DNA of 64,000 nt from Octopus sinensis. Lineage: Eukaryota. The position numbers and the translations under genes were made by a program. The stretch covers positions 24,428,001 to 24,492,000 of the forward strand of contig NC_043021.1 of assembly GCF_006345805.1 (NCBI RefSeq). The letters run 5' to 3'. Of this stretch, positions 11,731 to 25,401 are shown piece after piece; position 1 is the first letter of the stretch; each line of letters begins with the position of its first letter. Under the pieces are notes generated by a model. The model made no database searches and was not told the DNA's origin. It saw only the letters and a program-made list of their open reading frames with translations.

Positions 11731-12696
11731 AAGTGTGTGCGTATGGTAAATGAGAGACGAAAGATGAAAGATACGAGAATTTATTAATCCCTACAATTGT
11801 TTCGACGTATCTAGCGGGAACGGTGACGCTATAATTACACATAATCTGTATGCATATACATTTATTGGTTTACGTAAATGGATTTAATGAATTTAAAGTA
11901 ACTGAATTCCTGCAAATGAATCTCATGACTGTGTATGTGCGCGTATACGCAAACCTGTGCGTGTGCTCGCGTGTGCATATTCGTATGTATGTGTGTGTTT
12001 GAATTAATTTCCAATCCTGATGTTGATACAATGTTCTGATAGATTAGAATTGCATTTCATGAGATTTCAATGTAAGATGACGTTGTAATTTCCGGTTGAT
12101 TGATACTGAGATCCACATTACGTGATATCTTAATAACCTGTACAGTGAACACATTCACTAAACGCCTCACACCCAGCCTCCCCTCATCTCAACGCTATCA
12201 CTTCCATCTGCTATTGACACGATACATTTAATTCTCAATTATGAAATTTATTTATTTGTACAATAAGTACTGCCACAGCCCGTGTCTCTAAGCATTGAAG
12301 GGCAGTCTGTGATAATTAAGGTTTGTATAGGATGAAGTTTTCGACGAAAGATTACTGAGGAGTTCGAGCCAAAAGATAGTAAGCCATCTAAATAGGGCCT
12401 GCTCCCTATTTTTAATACATGCAGTTGAGTTTGTGTACGACGATTGAATTGATTTATGGGACATGATGTGAAATTTGGCAAAGTTAAAAGCTGTGACTGA
12501 AAGGAAATGATGTAAAGTTTAGTATAGATAAGATCAGGGGTCACCAAATTAAGCACCAGCAACAATTGTCCATTTTAAATAAATTTCCCATAGCCCCTAT
12601 TATACATTTCAAATTTCTATCTTCACAATAAGCCTCTTATATAAATATAGTAATTCGTTTTACCTCGCTTCATCGCCCAACACAAAGATAAGACAT

Positions 12697-12783
12697 ACCA
12701 ACCACATGGTTCCGGGTTCAGTCCCACTGCGTCGCACCTTGGGCAAGTGTCTTCTACTATAGCCTCGGGCCAACCAAAGCCTC

Positions 12784-12790
<7 letters not shown>
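12697..12790 (+). mobile_element. SINE family A head fragment
   Basis: CCAACCACATGGTTCCGGGTTCAGTCCCACTGCG..CAAAGCCTCGTGAGTG. Confidence 0.85.
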
Positions 12791-12827
<37 letters not shown>

Positions 12828-13098
12828 TTGTATGTATGAGAACACATTATGTTTAAAGACGAACAATAATGGGTACAGAAAGAGAGAGAGAGAGAGAGAG
12901 GAGAGACAATGCGAGAAAGTGAGAGACAGATAGACGCAGAAGAATATGGAAATCAGGTGAAATATTCTCCATTCTGATCTATCAATTGAATTCAGTGCAA
13001 ATCATTGATTAACCGTCAAATGGGACAAGTTCAGATTCTTGTTTGTTATATTTTTACTCCGTGCGGCTTTTAGTATTGCTGCTGTTCCCATTTATAAT

Positions 13099-13238
<140 letters not shown>

Positions 13239-13711
13239 CAGAGAGAGAGAGTCAGAGTGTGTGTGTTTGTGTGTGTTATCTTGATATTCATAAGTACATT
13301 CTTTCTCCAAGAACGTTTTTGATATCAATCTATATATAGAGAGAGATAGAGATATAGATAGAGACATCCACCTACGTGTATACATATATCTATATACACA
13401 CATTCATACACAAACGTTTATATTTCGTTTATTTCTTTAATGTTTTAAAGATTTTTCGTTTTGTGTTTGACATATTTTCACCTTTAATTATAAAAAAAAA
13501 ACTCAGCTTCGTATAAAGAAAAAAAAAAGGAAAGAGAAGGAAGTAACAACAACTCCAACAATAACAAAAAAGAACTGGTGATAAATATCGATAGAAGAAA
13601 TGGCATTTGGCTCCTTGTCAAATACCACCTGTTTTTAGTGTTCAGGACTAACTGCGAAGAATTGATATCACGTGACTGGTGTTCTCCGATAACTACACAT
13701 ATAAACGCAGA

Positions 13712-13746
<35 letters not shown>

Positions 13747-14969
13747 CGAAATACACACATACACACACATCCCAGACAAACGAATATTATTAATGGTTAA
13801 TTCAGAAAAAAGTGCCATTACAGAAACTGCAAAAACAAACATGAAAATAATATCATTTTTCCCATCTCAAAATCGTTCTCACTCCCTCCTTCTTTCTCTC
13901 TCTTTCTCTATCTCTTACGTGTTATTTCCCTTTCTCTATCGTTTTCTATCTCTCTCTTTTTCCATTAACCAACATATTATGTGTTTTGAAGCCACTGCAC
14001 TTTATAACTCATATCCACCGATATCTTCTCACCTTACTGCCCCAGCTTTGGCAATCGATAAAGCTTTAATATTAGTATAAGTGGGAAATAAATAAATAAA
14101 TAAGTGGGAATAAATATATAAATAAAATGGCGTCTGAAACTCCGTAAGGTGTTGATTCCATTCTCTTGCAGATTTTTCGTAATATTTTTCAGATTTTAAA
14201 GTAAAAAGTTGCTATTTTCTGATGTCCGATGTAATTTTTCCCCGAGAGTTTAACCAACGTAATTACATGAAGAGTTTCAGCCAAGGGTGAAACTCGTAGC
14301 CACAGCCAAAAAAGCTGGGAGTTAATCTACGGTTCTTCATTGGTTTTTGGTGAATATTGATTTCTTTGCAATAGTCTCAATAATATGATGAAAGCAAAAC
14401 ATAATTATATGTGTGAGTGTGTTGAGAGAAGTAGCTACGCAGAAATAAATACTATTCAGACGAGTTATTAGGATGTCAATTATGATTGGCCTGCTCTTTG
14501 AGATTACCCTATTACTATTGTAGATTAAATTAAATGCTTCATTTTCTCAACGCACCTCTTGTGCTAACGCCCAAACATCTCTTCGCACCTCAATGACACG
14601 ATACCACTACATGCATCGCAACAGGATGGGAACAATTTGTGGCCAACCAAAGCAACCAAAACCTACCAAAGAACATTTCACTAAGCTGTTGAGTATTTCT
14701 AATTCCTTTGTCTTGTGGTAATTGTTATTATTTCACAGACACGTCTAATAAAAACCACAACAGGGTCCAAACTCACTCTGCCCTATTTTGTTTGTTTTTT
14801 TACTTTTTTGACATAAAAAACTAATATGAAATCCTAATTTCACTTAAGAGGATGTAACTATTTAATCTGCGGGAGAAGTAACATCTCCGACTGCCCCTCG
14901 ATCGGTTTCGATGTCACTTATGGGAAGGCCTGATCATATATGCCAGACATCACAACAATCTAATCAAGT

Positions 14970-15530
14970 AATCTTGGGTCATACATATCATCATCTGGAA
15001 AAGATTTTCTAACTAGAAAGGATATGACCTGGTCAGCCTGTAATAACATGCGTAAGATCTGGTCATCAAATCTAAGAAGAGACTTCAAACTTGAAATCTT
15101 CAAAGCCACAGTCGAACCAATTCTACTATATGGCTCAGAAACCTGGACGTTATCAAAGAAGCTTGAAAGGCGGTTGGATGGAACCTACACTCGCCTCCTT
15201 ATGAGAGCTCAAAATCTCTCGTGGAATCGTCATCCAACCAAAATGCAAATATATGGGAAACTACCACCTGTGTCATCTCTTGTGAAAGGTAGGAGAGTCC
15301 AGTTTGCTGGACATTGTTGTAGAGCTGAAAAAGAGGTAATCTCTACTCTTCTCCTCTGGAAGCCATCTACTCGCAATACCAGAGGGCACACACTCTCCTA
15401 CCCTGATGTAATCTCCAGGGATACAGGCATCCAGCAACAGGACCTCCGTGATGCCATGATGGACCGTGAAGTCTGGCGTAGCATGGTAAATTCCATTGTC
15501 TCGACCACGGTCGAACAATGATGATGATAA
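14970..15530 (+). mobile_element. RTE-type LINE 3' fragment
   Basis: LGSYISSSGKDFLTRK; open 165-aa C-terminus with VEPILLYGSETWTL, LDGTYTRLLMRA..SW, RRVQFAGHC, MMDREVW; short (TGA)n tail. Confidence 0.82.
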
Positions 15531-16419
15531 TCAAGTAAATTAACGCAAAAGGCCGAAGAGATTCGTAGCATCACGACAATTCATTGCATCAATGAGAGCA
15601 CAACAACCGGGTTGGTGGTAAACCGTGGAGGGGAACTTCAACTGGTTTGTACTGTCCAGGATTAGCTTTTAGCTTCATTAGACAATCGAGCAAGTTCGCT
15701 TGAAAGAGAAAGATTATCCGCTGAGTGGGCGACGTCTCGGTGCCTCATAAATAACTGCCGAGTGGTGGCTTTTGAATAGTGTGGCACTACTCACGAGTAA
15801 TTTGTTCTTTCATTAGCCAACCAAGCAAATAAACAAGAAAGAGAATGTGCGCTTGCTTCCGTAGAAACACAGAGGCTCAGTGCATCATTAATGCCACATC
15901 AGTCACGTGGTGATTCTTCAGCTGAGTTGGATTGCTCGGACTGTAGCTTATAGCTTCGTTAGATACTAGGAAACTCTAATTCCTCTTATACTGATACCAA
16001 ATATTGCAACAGCTTAACTACACAAAATCCGATTGTGCTTAAGTAGTCATTAACCGAATGTGGCCGAATGTGTCCATTGGTAAATAATAACGAGTACACA
16101 AAACTGAAGCTTAAGATTTTCGAGTAAAAGAAGGACACACCTTCTCTCAGTATTCTGATCTATTTCCACGTCATAATAAATATTTAATTCAAGTTCCTCT
16201 AAAACAGCATTATCATCGAATGTTACTTCGCTGTCTTGAACTTTTCTTGGAGAGAGAAGGAAAAGATTCTTATTAAATTTTAATTTAGCAGATCTTTGTT
16301 CAATTTACCATTTGTCCAAAGTTTGTTGGGATTAGTCACAGCTTAATGGCCTTTCCCAATCCTACATATTAATGTAGGTCAGATTGTAATTTCGTGGGAG
16401 AAAACACCGTCACCAATGC

Positions 16420-16670
16420 TACCACCACCACCACCACCACTAATATCGACACTTCCAGTTCCAATAGCAACATCAATAACAACAACAGAACACCAACATA
16501 CGGCCCTTACCTCAAACACCAACAACACCATTTCCACTCCACTATCACTACTACCATCACCTCCTCCACCACCAACCACACCAGCACCATCACCACCACC
16601 AGCACCCTACCAACACCGTCTCCATCTCCACCCCACTCAACAACAGCAACAACAACTAGGGACGCTGATA
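16420..16670. repeat. ACC/CAA-rich low-complexity tract
   Basis: Degenerate trinucleotide repeats; poly-T/P/Q pseudo-ORFs. Confidence 0.75.
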
Positions 16671-17309
16671 TTGCTGCATCAACCATGCTGTCATCAACCA
16701 TGCTGTCGTCTCCATTGCTCTTCGAGTCACGTCGAGAGAACCTCTCGGTGGTCGATGAATCTACAGAAAATAGAAGTCAAATTGCTTTATACTATCTTGT
16801 ATCCGCGTTAAAACAACGTTAGGTAACATTGAAGAACATGATCTCACAGACGTTATATGTGAAAGGAAGATTGAGATGAGGCCAGCTTTGATCCTAGAGA
16901 CAATGACCCAATCGGGCCTTAGCCGAGGGTTAAACAACGTCAACAACAATAACGAAGACGACGAATCAAATTGCTAAGATGAAACTATTTGAGTGCTGAA
17001 ATGTGATGATTTGTTCAGAATCTGAAAATATATTTTGGCTGAAGTCGAAACCTTTTCAGAGATTGTTTCTTCGAGGCTCAAGCCTCTCCATCTCACTATT
17101 TATGAGGTGGCTTCCCACACACTCGAGGATTTGGAATCTGCAGAGCATCTATCGACAAGTCAAGGTGAACTTGAAGCAAGGAAGTATCTGTGCAGCTCCG
17201 AGTATCATACTCCTCCTCTTACCAACCAACCACTGTCCTATTACTAACACGATATATTACTGGATTCTAATCTTTTTTTTATTTTGTAATTGCTTAGTCA
17301 AAAGAGAAG

Positions 17310-17460
17310 TCGTGTGGCCTAGCGGTTAGGGTGCTTAACTCTCGATTATAGTATAGTATCGTGAGTTCACTTCCTGAAGCGGGCGGTACACTGTTCTTGA
17401 ACAAGTCATTTCGTTTCACGTTGCTCCAGTCTATGCAGCTACAGACGAATACCATCTGAC
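17310..17460 (+). mobile_element. SINE family B-like head, diverged
   Basis: GTGGCCTAGCGGTTAGGG A-box; TTCACGTTGCTCCAG shared with the 11.3 kb copy. Confidence 0.6.
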
Positions 17461-17478
17461 CGCTCGTGAACCACCCTC

Positions 17479-17530
<52 letters not shown>

Positions 17531-17910
17531 TCACTCACTCTTATTCTCTCCCACTTCTTCAACCTATCATATCCAAGCGTGCGGCTGGGCCAAAAGGAAG
17601 CTTATGACTGCTCGTGACCATACAGGCATCTGAAACTATTAGCGAAAGCATGGTACATGTTGCCTAGAGATAACCGCTCGCGACTGACAGGAAGGGGTCT
17701 TTGAAAAATCAGAAGAGGAAAATGTAGTGCCTGACATTTTTCATGGCTTCTGAGATTACTGGGGCGGAAGACCTGATCAGAATATCCCAGAAAAAGGGTC
17801 GGCTTTCCTAAAGGTATCAAACAAGCGATGGTATAAAACCAGGCGACGTTTTATGGTATAAAACCTAACCTACTTCTCAAGAACAGTCGCACTTGCTCAC
17901 TCTCTCTCTT

Positions 17911-17957
<47 letters not shown>

Positions 17958-17959
<2 letters not shown>

Positions 17960-18096
17960 GGTAAGTAGCTTGTTTACAAATTACATGGTTCCGGGTTCAG
18001 TCACACTACGTGGCATCTTGGGCAAGTGTCTTCTGGCCAACCAAAAGCCTTGTGAGTGGATTTGGTAGACGGAAACTGAAAGAAGCCGGTCGTACT

Positions 18097-18135
<39 letters not shown>

Positions 18136-18312
18136 CCCATCATCGCTTGACAACCGATGTTGGTGTGTTTACATCCCCGTAACTTAGCAGTTCGGCAAAA
18201 GGGACCGATGGAATAAATACTAGGCTTACAAAAAATAAGCCCTAGGGTGGATTTTTTCGACTAAAGGCGGTGCTCCAGCATGGCCACAGTAAAATTACTG
18301 AAACAAATAAAA
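17958..18312 (+). mobile_element. SINE family A
   Basis: Same head, core, internal microsatellite and tail as the 6582 copy. Confidence 0.88.
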
Positions 18313-18365
<53 letters not shown>

Positions 18366-18899
18366 CACCCTGTGGGGCGTTTCCAAACAGTTTTTCAACC
18401 AAGTTTTACAAACAAGACTCGAGTCAATCCGATGCTCCGACAGAAAATAATTTTACATTTTTACATGTTGCTATGTTGTGAAATTGAACCCGAAACCACA
18501 TAGTTGCGAAAGAAAGTTCGTATATTCACATTTATGTCTGTGATTCAAAAGTAAACTGGAAAGTAATCTTACATCACATACATTAGAAAAACTGGACGCA
18601 ACTGATAAGGAATGCAAAACTTTGTTATCTTTATTCAATTTCACTTCTGTCAACATCTCCCTGAAGAAGGATTCTGTCCCAAACGTTGAACTTTCCAATT
18701 CCAATACTAAACCACAGTGCTCCTTTTGTCGTTTTACGATATATTATATATATATATATATTATATATATATATAACTTTATTTTAAGCAGCAGAAAATT
18801 CAACAAAATGCTGCTTAAAATAAAGCATATTACTCTACCACTGGTATTTGAGTACTCTTTTTTCCACCTTGTTTCACATTTATGTGTTTACTCCGGTAT

Positions 18900-18922
18900 A
18901 TATATATATATATATACATATG

Positions 18923-18953
<31 letters not shown>

Positions 18954-18973
18954 CTATATATATGTATATATAT

Positions 18974-19004
<31 letters not shown>

Positions 19005-19089
19005 GTATATGTATATGTATATATATATATATGTATATATATGTATGTATATATATATGTATGTATATATGTATATATATGTATATATA

Positions 19090-19160
<71 letters not shown>

Positions 19161-19220
19161 GTATATATGTGTAATATATATATATGTATATATATGTATA
19201 TATTATATATATATATATAT
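18900..19220. repeat. (TA)n/(TATG)n tract
   Basis: Direct inspection. Confidence 0.95.
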
Positions 19221-19299
19221 GATTTTGATTTTGATTTTGATTTTTCCAGTTTCAGCTAATGAGCTGTGGCCATGCTGGGGCACCGCCATTTGGTTTGCT

Positions 19300-19806
19300 A
19301 CATGATTTTACCTCACGAATGCCTTTTAGCAACTGCCATTTGGTGCATGAGGGACTTCGATGCAGCTGCCCTCATCTGCACCTCCTGCCGTGAAGTTGGT
19401 TCATCCGGGACACCTGACAGGAAGAGATCCAGTCCTACTTTAAAGACATCCGCATCTACACCATGCAGGTCCCTCAGGTTCTTCGGGAGGATATTGAAGA
19501 GATGTGGGCCTCTGAAGCCCAGGCTATCACAGTATCTTGTCCTACATCTTGATGGCAAATTTGGAGTCCTAGGCACCACGCAGTGGCGCCCGGTTCTGGC
19601 ATTTGTGTAATTCTCGATGCTAAAGTTTGGGACAAGTCCCTCCAGGATCTTCCAGATGTATATTATGGCATATCTTTCTCGCCTACGCTCCAAGGAATAG
19701 AGTTTTAATCTCTTGAGTCTTTCCCAGTAGCTTATATTCTGCATAGAGGCTATCTTCGTGTAGCTACGTTGGATCGCCTCAAGTTCTGTGATCAACTTGA
19801 CACTGG
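19300..19806 (-). mobile_element. CR1-type LINE 3' fragment
   Basis: ELEAIQRSYTK..SYWERLKRLKLYSLERRRERY.IIY.WKI..G; FRGPHLFNILP; LD.FLSGVPDEP: characteristic CR1 ORF2 C-terminus. Confidence 0.82.
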
Positions 19807-19844
19807 ATGGTGACCATATCTGAGAGCAATAGTCAAAGTGGCTT

Positions 19845-20255
<411 letters not shown>

Positions 20256-20508
20256 AATAGTAATGCAATACGAAAGTATTGCTTTCCAGTAAAGAATAGC
20301 CCGTGAAGGAAAATTATACATAAAAGCAAATAAATGGTACAACGATGTACCGATATTTACTGGAAAATAGCGAACGTAATAAATACGACGCTAATGTATA
20401 GCTTCACTGCGTATGTACTAGCAAAAATGCGTGTGTGCAACAAACTTGAAAAAAATTGTCTTACCTCCAGGGAGAACATCTGAAAGATGAAATACCTTGA
20501 AAGGGATA

Positions 20509-20581
20509 ATGTGGTACCGGTTTCAGATTTTTCAAGATATGTCTGCACACATATACTTGATTTATCTTCATCAGCCAACAT
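20509..20581 (-). ncRNA. Minimal type I hammerhead ribozyme (left arm)
   Basis: ATGTTGG-CTGATGA-AGAT..TCAAG.ATATGT(gtgcag)ACATAT-CTTGA..ATCT-GAAA-CCGGT-A-CCACAT: intact core, stem I with 1-nt bulge, palindromic ACCGGT stem III, GUA triplet. Confidence 0.72.
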
Positions 20582-20730
20582 ATAGCTCCACAACATTTCA
20601 AATGTTGCCACATCCATGCCAATACGTATATATATATATATATATATATGTTCTCGTTCTGTCAACGTCTTGGCGTTCAGTCGAGTGTATTGGCATGGAT
20701 GTGGCAACATTTGAAATGTTGTCGAGCTAT

Positions 20731-20805
20731 ATGTGATGGCTGATGAAGATAAATCAAGTATATGTGTGCAGACATATCTTGAAAAATCTGAAACCGGTAC
20801 CACAT
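20731..20805 (+). ncRNA. Minimal type I hammerhead ribozyme (right arm)
   Basis: CTGATGA at 20740-20746, GAAA at 20790-20793, ACCGGT at 20793-20798, predicted cleavage after A20799, stem I strand CCACAT at 20800-20805. Confidence 0.7.
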
Positions 20806-21016
20806 TATCCTTTTCTAGGTATTTCATCTTTCAGATGTTCTCCCTGGAAGTAAGACAATTTTTTTCAAGTTTGTTGCACACACGCATTTTTGCTAGTACA
20901 TACGCAGTGAAGCTATACATTAGCGTCGTATTTATTACGTTCGCTATTTTCCAGTAAATATCGGTACTTCGTTGTACCATTTATTTGCTTTTATGTATAT
21001 ATATATATATATATAT

Positions 21017-21247
21017 ATGGAGACGCAATGGCCCAGTGGTTAGGGCAGCAGACTCGCGGTCGAAGGATCGCGGTTTCGATTCCCAGACCGGGCGTTGTGA
21101 GTGTTTATTGAGCGAAAATACCTAAAGCTCCACGAGGCTCCGGCAGGGGGTGGTGGCGATCCCTGCAGTACTCTTTCGCCGCAACTTTCTCTCACCAGCG
21201 GGGTGGCGTCATTCGAAGGCTAAAATCTGATAGCCTGGTCGGTCACG

Positions 21248-21252
<5 letters not shown>
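21017..21252 (+). mobile_element. SINE family B
   Basis: ATGGCCCAGTGGTTAGGGC A-box, GGTTTCGATTCCC B-box, tail GATAGCCTGGTCGGTCACGGTGA; internal deletions. Confidence 0.88.
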
Positions 21253-21283
<31 letters not shown>

Positions 21284-23292
21284 CTTCTGGTTAAGCTTAA
21301 TAAATTAAGAGCATCACAAGTAGTAGATTAACTAATCCACAGACTATCCTTTAATCTGGACAACGGCAAGGAGTGATCTGATAGATTTAGTAAATTGTTT
21401 GGTGCCAAATTCTGAGCCCGTTACCAATAATACACGTACCTAGATATTGATTTGCCGCACTTAAAAACAACCCGCGATACAATTAGATTACACGTTCTGA
21501 TAACCACATTCACATATCTCGTTCGAGCCGTAAAAATCAATAACGCTAAAAACGTATATTACTTCTTTATCTCCTTCTTTCTTTATGCGGCTAAAATACG
21601 CACGAATCAACAACGTTCGTTTTGCACCTCATTTTCCTAGTACCGATTCAATTTGATAACGAAAAATGGATATTGTTTTGTTCCGTTTTTTGCCTTGTCG
21701 TTTTTTGAATTAATCCCACTGATATCTACCCATTAATTAATTAATTAATTAACATGTCTAACACAACTTTAATTAGCGAAGTTTATGATTTCATTTCGCT
21801 TTCCATTTTTCATATAAACAGTAAGTCCAGTTTATCTTCTCTTTTACTTTAAACCATATAGATGGCGCCATTGTAAGTATTTTCAACATTTATACAAGTC
21901 GCCGATCAATTTCTAAGATAAAACTTATATCATACTTTTTTATATCTTATCTATTTTGTATATATTTATTCATTATCGACATTGGTTTAAACATTTTACG
22001 CATAGTTCTTATCTTCGCATACAATTTATGGTCAATATTTTCCACTCATTCCTAATTATTTCTAAATATCAGCTATAATAAAAAATGAATTATATATTTA
22101 TTTAACATCGAAACGTACCATTGTTCAGGTGTCATCTACGGATGTAGACCACGCCCCTCTACGGATAAAAATCGAAAACATAATCTATTATAGATGCACC
22201 ATTCATATTAATCGTTTGATGATTGACTAATAATTAATATTTTAATGTATGGGGGGGTGTATGTTTTCTTAGAATTCCCAGTTTGGTGTGGGAAGTACTG
22301 TATTGGAACTTCGGTTTCAAGTCCAACAATATGGACCACTTTCTAAAATGAAAATAAAGATGTCGTGCAGCGTTTAGAACTAAACCATCGAAATTTTGCA
22401 GAAACAGAATAAGATTATAGGAAGATAATTATGAGACACAATCAAAGACCTTAAGATTGTTTACTGCTTAACCTTAAGAGTAACATAGTAAATAGGAGGT
22501 GATACGTGTATAACAAAGGTTCCAAAGATGTTCTTCCCTGATATTGTATCTTCAGTACTATCTATATGAAAATAATGTCGCAGGAAAATGGTAAATTTTA
22601 AAAGAAATTACGCAATTCAGAATTCTCTACAGAAATTTTCAAAACAACTGTGGAAATTCTAAATTTAGAGATGGTTTGCTAAATTTCTTACATCCGCTTT
22701 TTCAAAACACTTCACTTTGATGATCACTTTTAATTTTCAGAATTTCTAATTTTTTATATTAAGAGAGTTATGCAAATTAAGAGTACAAGCGGCTATCTTC
22801 CAATGACCTTTCCTTTGAGCGTATTTTCTCGACATTTATTGTCTTCCATACTGGTTTCTACAATGTTTTTTTAAAAATATGTGTGTGTGTGTATACATGT
22901 GTCTATGTATGTATATATAAGAGCATGGATATGACAACTTGGGTAGACCATAATCTTTATCTTCAAAAATAGGTTTTTGTTTTTGAACACTCGTAGAGGC
23001 AGCAGGAATCAGAATTTCAGGCCTTCTGCCTAAATTGGAAACAATTATTATAATGTCCATTTAAGGTAAACGTTCTTGGTGTTGTTGCTGTTGTTGTTGT
23101 TGTTGCTATTGAATCTCGAATCTGCATGGATCAATCAGATTATTTTCAATGACCTGACAATTTAGTGACATACCGGTCGACTAGGCGTTCCTTCCCAATG
23201 TTGCTTCGGATTTAGTGCCTGGGATGATCCTAGTATAATTCTTAGATATTTTCTTCCAAGTGTTGAAGTAAAAACAAAATACCTTTCGTCGC

Positions 23293-23510
23293 ACTGCGGC
23301 CATGCTGGGGCATCACCTTGAAGAATTTAGTCGAACAAATAGACCCCCAGCACTTCATTTTAAGTCTGGTTCCTTATTCTATCGGAATCTTTTGTCGAAT
23401 TGTTAAGTTACGGGAATGTAAACAAATCAACACTGGTTGTCAAGCAGTGGGTGGGTGAGGGGGACAAACACAAACACACATATATGTATGTATATATAAA
23501 CATATATACG
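23293..23510 (-). mobile_element. SINE family A 3' half, diverged
   Basis: CTGCGGCCATGCTGGGGCA..TATTCTATCGG..TAAGTTACGGG..GGTTGTCAAG. Confidence 0.72.
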
Positions 23511-23516
23511 ATATGC

Positions 23517-23926
23517 TGGCGAGCTGGCAGAAACGTTAGCACGCCGGGCGAAATGCTTAGCGGTATTTCGTCTGCGTTACGTTGTGAGTTCAAATTCCGC
23601 CGAGGTCGACTTTGCCTTTCATCCTTTCGGGGTCGATAAATTAAGTACCAGTTACGCACTGAGGTCGATGTAATCGACTTAATACCTATGTCTGTCCTTG
23701 TTTGTCCCCTCTGTGTTTAGCCCCTTGTGGGTAATAAAGAAATAGGTATTTCGTCTGTCGTTACGTTCTGAGTTCAAATTCCGCCGAGGTCGACTTTGCC
23801 TTTCATCCTTTCGGGGTCGATAAATAAAGTACCTGTTTCGCACTGGGGTCGATGTAATCGACTTAATACCTATGTCTGTCCTTGTTTGTCCCCTCTATGT
23901 TTAGCCCCTTGTGGGTAGTAAAGAAA
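23517..23926 (+). mobile_element. SINE family C dimer
   Basis: Full unit followed by a second unit beginning at GGTATTTCGTCTG. Confidence 0.88.
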
Positions 23927-25401
23927 TACATATACGATACACTTTCCACACAATTTTCCTCAGCCAAATTCACTCGTAAGGTCAGTCCGGGGCTGTAGTG
24001 GAAGTCACTCGCCCAAGGTAGCGCACAGTGGCACTGAACCCACAATTACATCGCTGCAAAGCGAGTCTCTTAACCACATACACGCGGCGAAGGCGGCGGC
24101 GGCAGCGGCCAAGGCAGTCGTGGTTTCGGCGTTGTTATTACATCTGCGTTGCTTATATAATTAAGAACTATTAACACATCTCAAATCTCGAGAGCTTTAC
24201 TAAAGATTGTTACAAGATAGAAATTGAATCATTATCTGCCATCCACCGCAGCTGTTTGGATGTTTCACAAGAACAGATTTTGCCAACAGGAGGCTTTTAA
24301 TCTGCAATATATTGTACACTTTGCCCGTCTGATGTAGAATTTATCAGCTCAAGAAGATAAACATTCCAACAAAGGAACGAAAAAGATAGTCGGGAATGGA
24401 GAACATAAACCATCATAAATCAATTTGATTAAAAGGAGAATTATAATTGAGATCCTAGCAACTTGTCTAAAGGCAATATTTTTCTGGGGAACAATTTCTA
24501 TCGCCATTTGTATAAATATTTCAATAATTAGTCAACTTCCTTTCTTCCATCACGTCTGGCAGTCGTTCTTTAGACGCACACAACTGACTGTCACTTGCAC
24601 CGTTAACAATGCAAGACGGATTACGTATAAGTCAGAGTTTTTTGTTTTTTTATATATGCCTGCACCAACATATAAACAAACATGCATGCACAAACACATA
24701 CACACATGCATGTACACACATACGCATATAGACACAGACACATCTATATACGCTCATACATCAAACCTCCTCTAAATCACACATCCTGCTCTCTTTAAAA
24801 AGTAAAAATACTTTCAGATTTGTCACACACCTAAACTTCTGAAAAAGTGATGATTACCATTTACGAAGAAAATAAAAGAATATCACAGGAGAGAAACGAG
24901 ACACTTCGTAAAAAGGACGAACAACGGGCGTTGAGTCAGGATAACTAACAGAATGTGCATGAGTTATTATTTCACACTTCACTGAATGAACACCCCTTTA
25001 ACACACCACCACCTCACAGCTCCACCCCCAATCAAGTATCTTGTTTTGGCCATCCACTATTTCCTTTCAGCTCTTATTCATCAAGATCCTTTCACTCCCA
25101 CACTGATTAACAAACTCCAACCCCAAACATACCTAAATCCCATATATAGAGCCCCCCCCCCCCAAAAAAAAACCCCAAACCTCAGATCAGTTTGATAACG
25201 AATGCGAGAAAGTCTCCAGAAAGAATTTTATAACAAAGATTTTTAAAAAGAAAAATCTCCCCACCCAAGTTAATAAAGAATTTACTAGATCTACGAATTA
25301 AAGAGTAAAATTTATATTAATAAAAAAATTATAAATAATAATTTCGTTTTGGGATTTGGTTTGCAAGATTCTTTATATGAGTTCGTGTTTTGAAGCAAAT
25401 T

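Larger units (their letters stand above)
20315..20999. repeat. Long palindrome: arms 20315-20625 and 20687-20999, probably inverted Penelope-like pseudo-LTRs
   Basis: Arms are reverse complements with about 6-7 differences counted by eye; 61-bp spacer containing (TA)n; each arm holds a hammerhead motif. Confidence 0.9.

Noticed and set aside
11790-11812. GAAACAATTGTA palindromic stem III half-motif (minus strand)
   Set aside because: The CUGANGA half is absent, so it is not callable as a ribozyme.
15570-16000. Complex sequence with a short Ig-like VNRGGELQLVCTV peptide
   Set aside because: Frame closes immediately; no splice sites.
17003-17830. Two coding-looking stretches (17.0-17.25 and 17.6-17.83 kb)
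   Set aside because: Stops in all frames and no family motif recognised; likely old TE debris.
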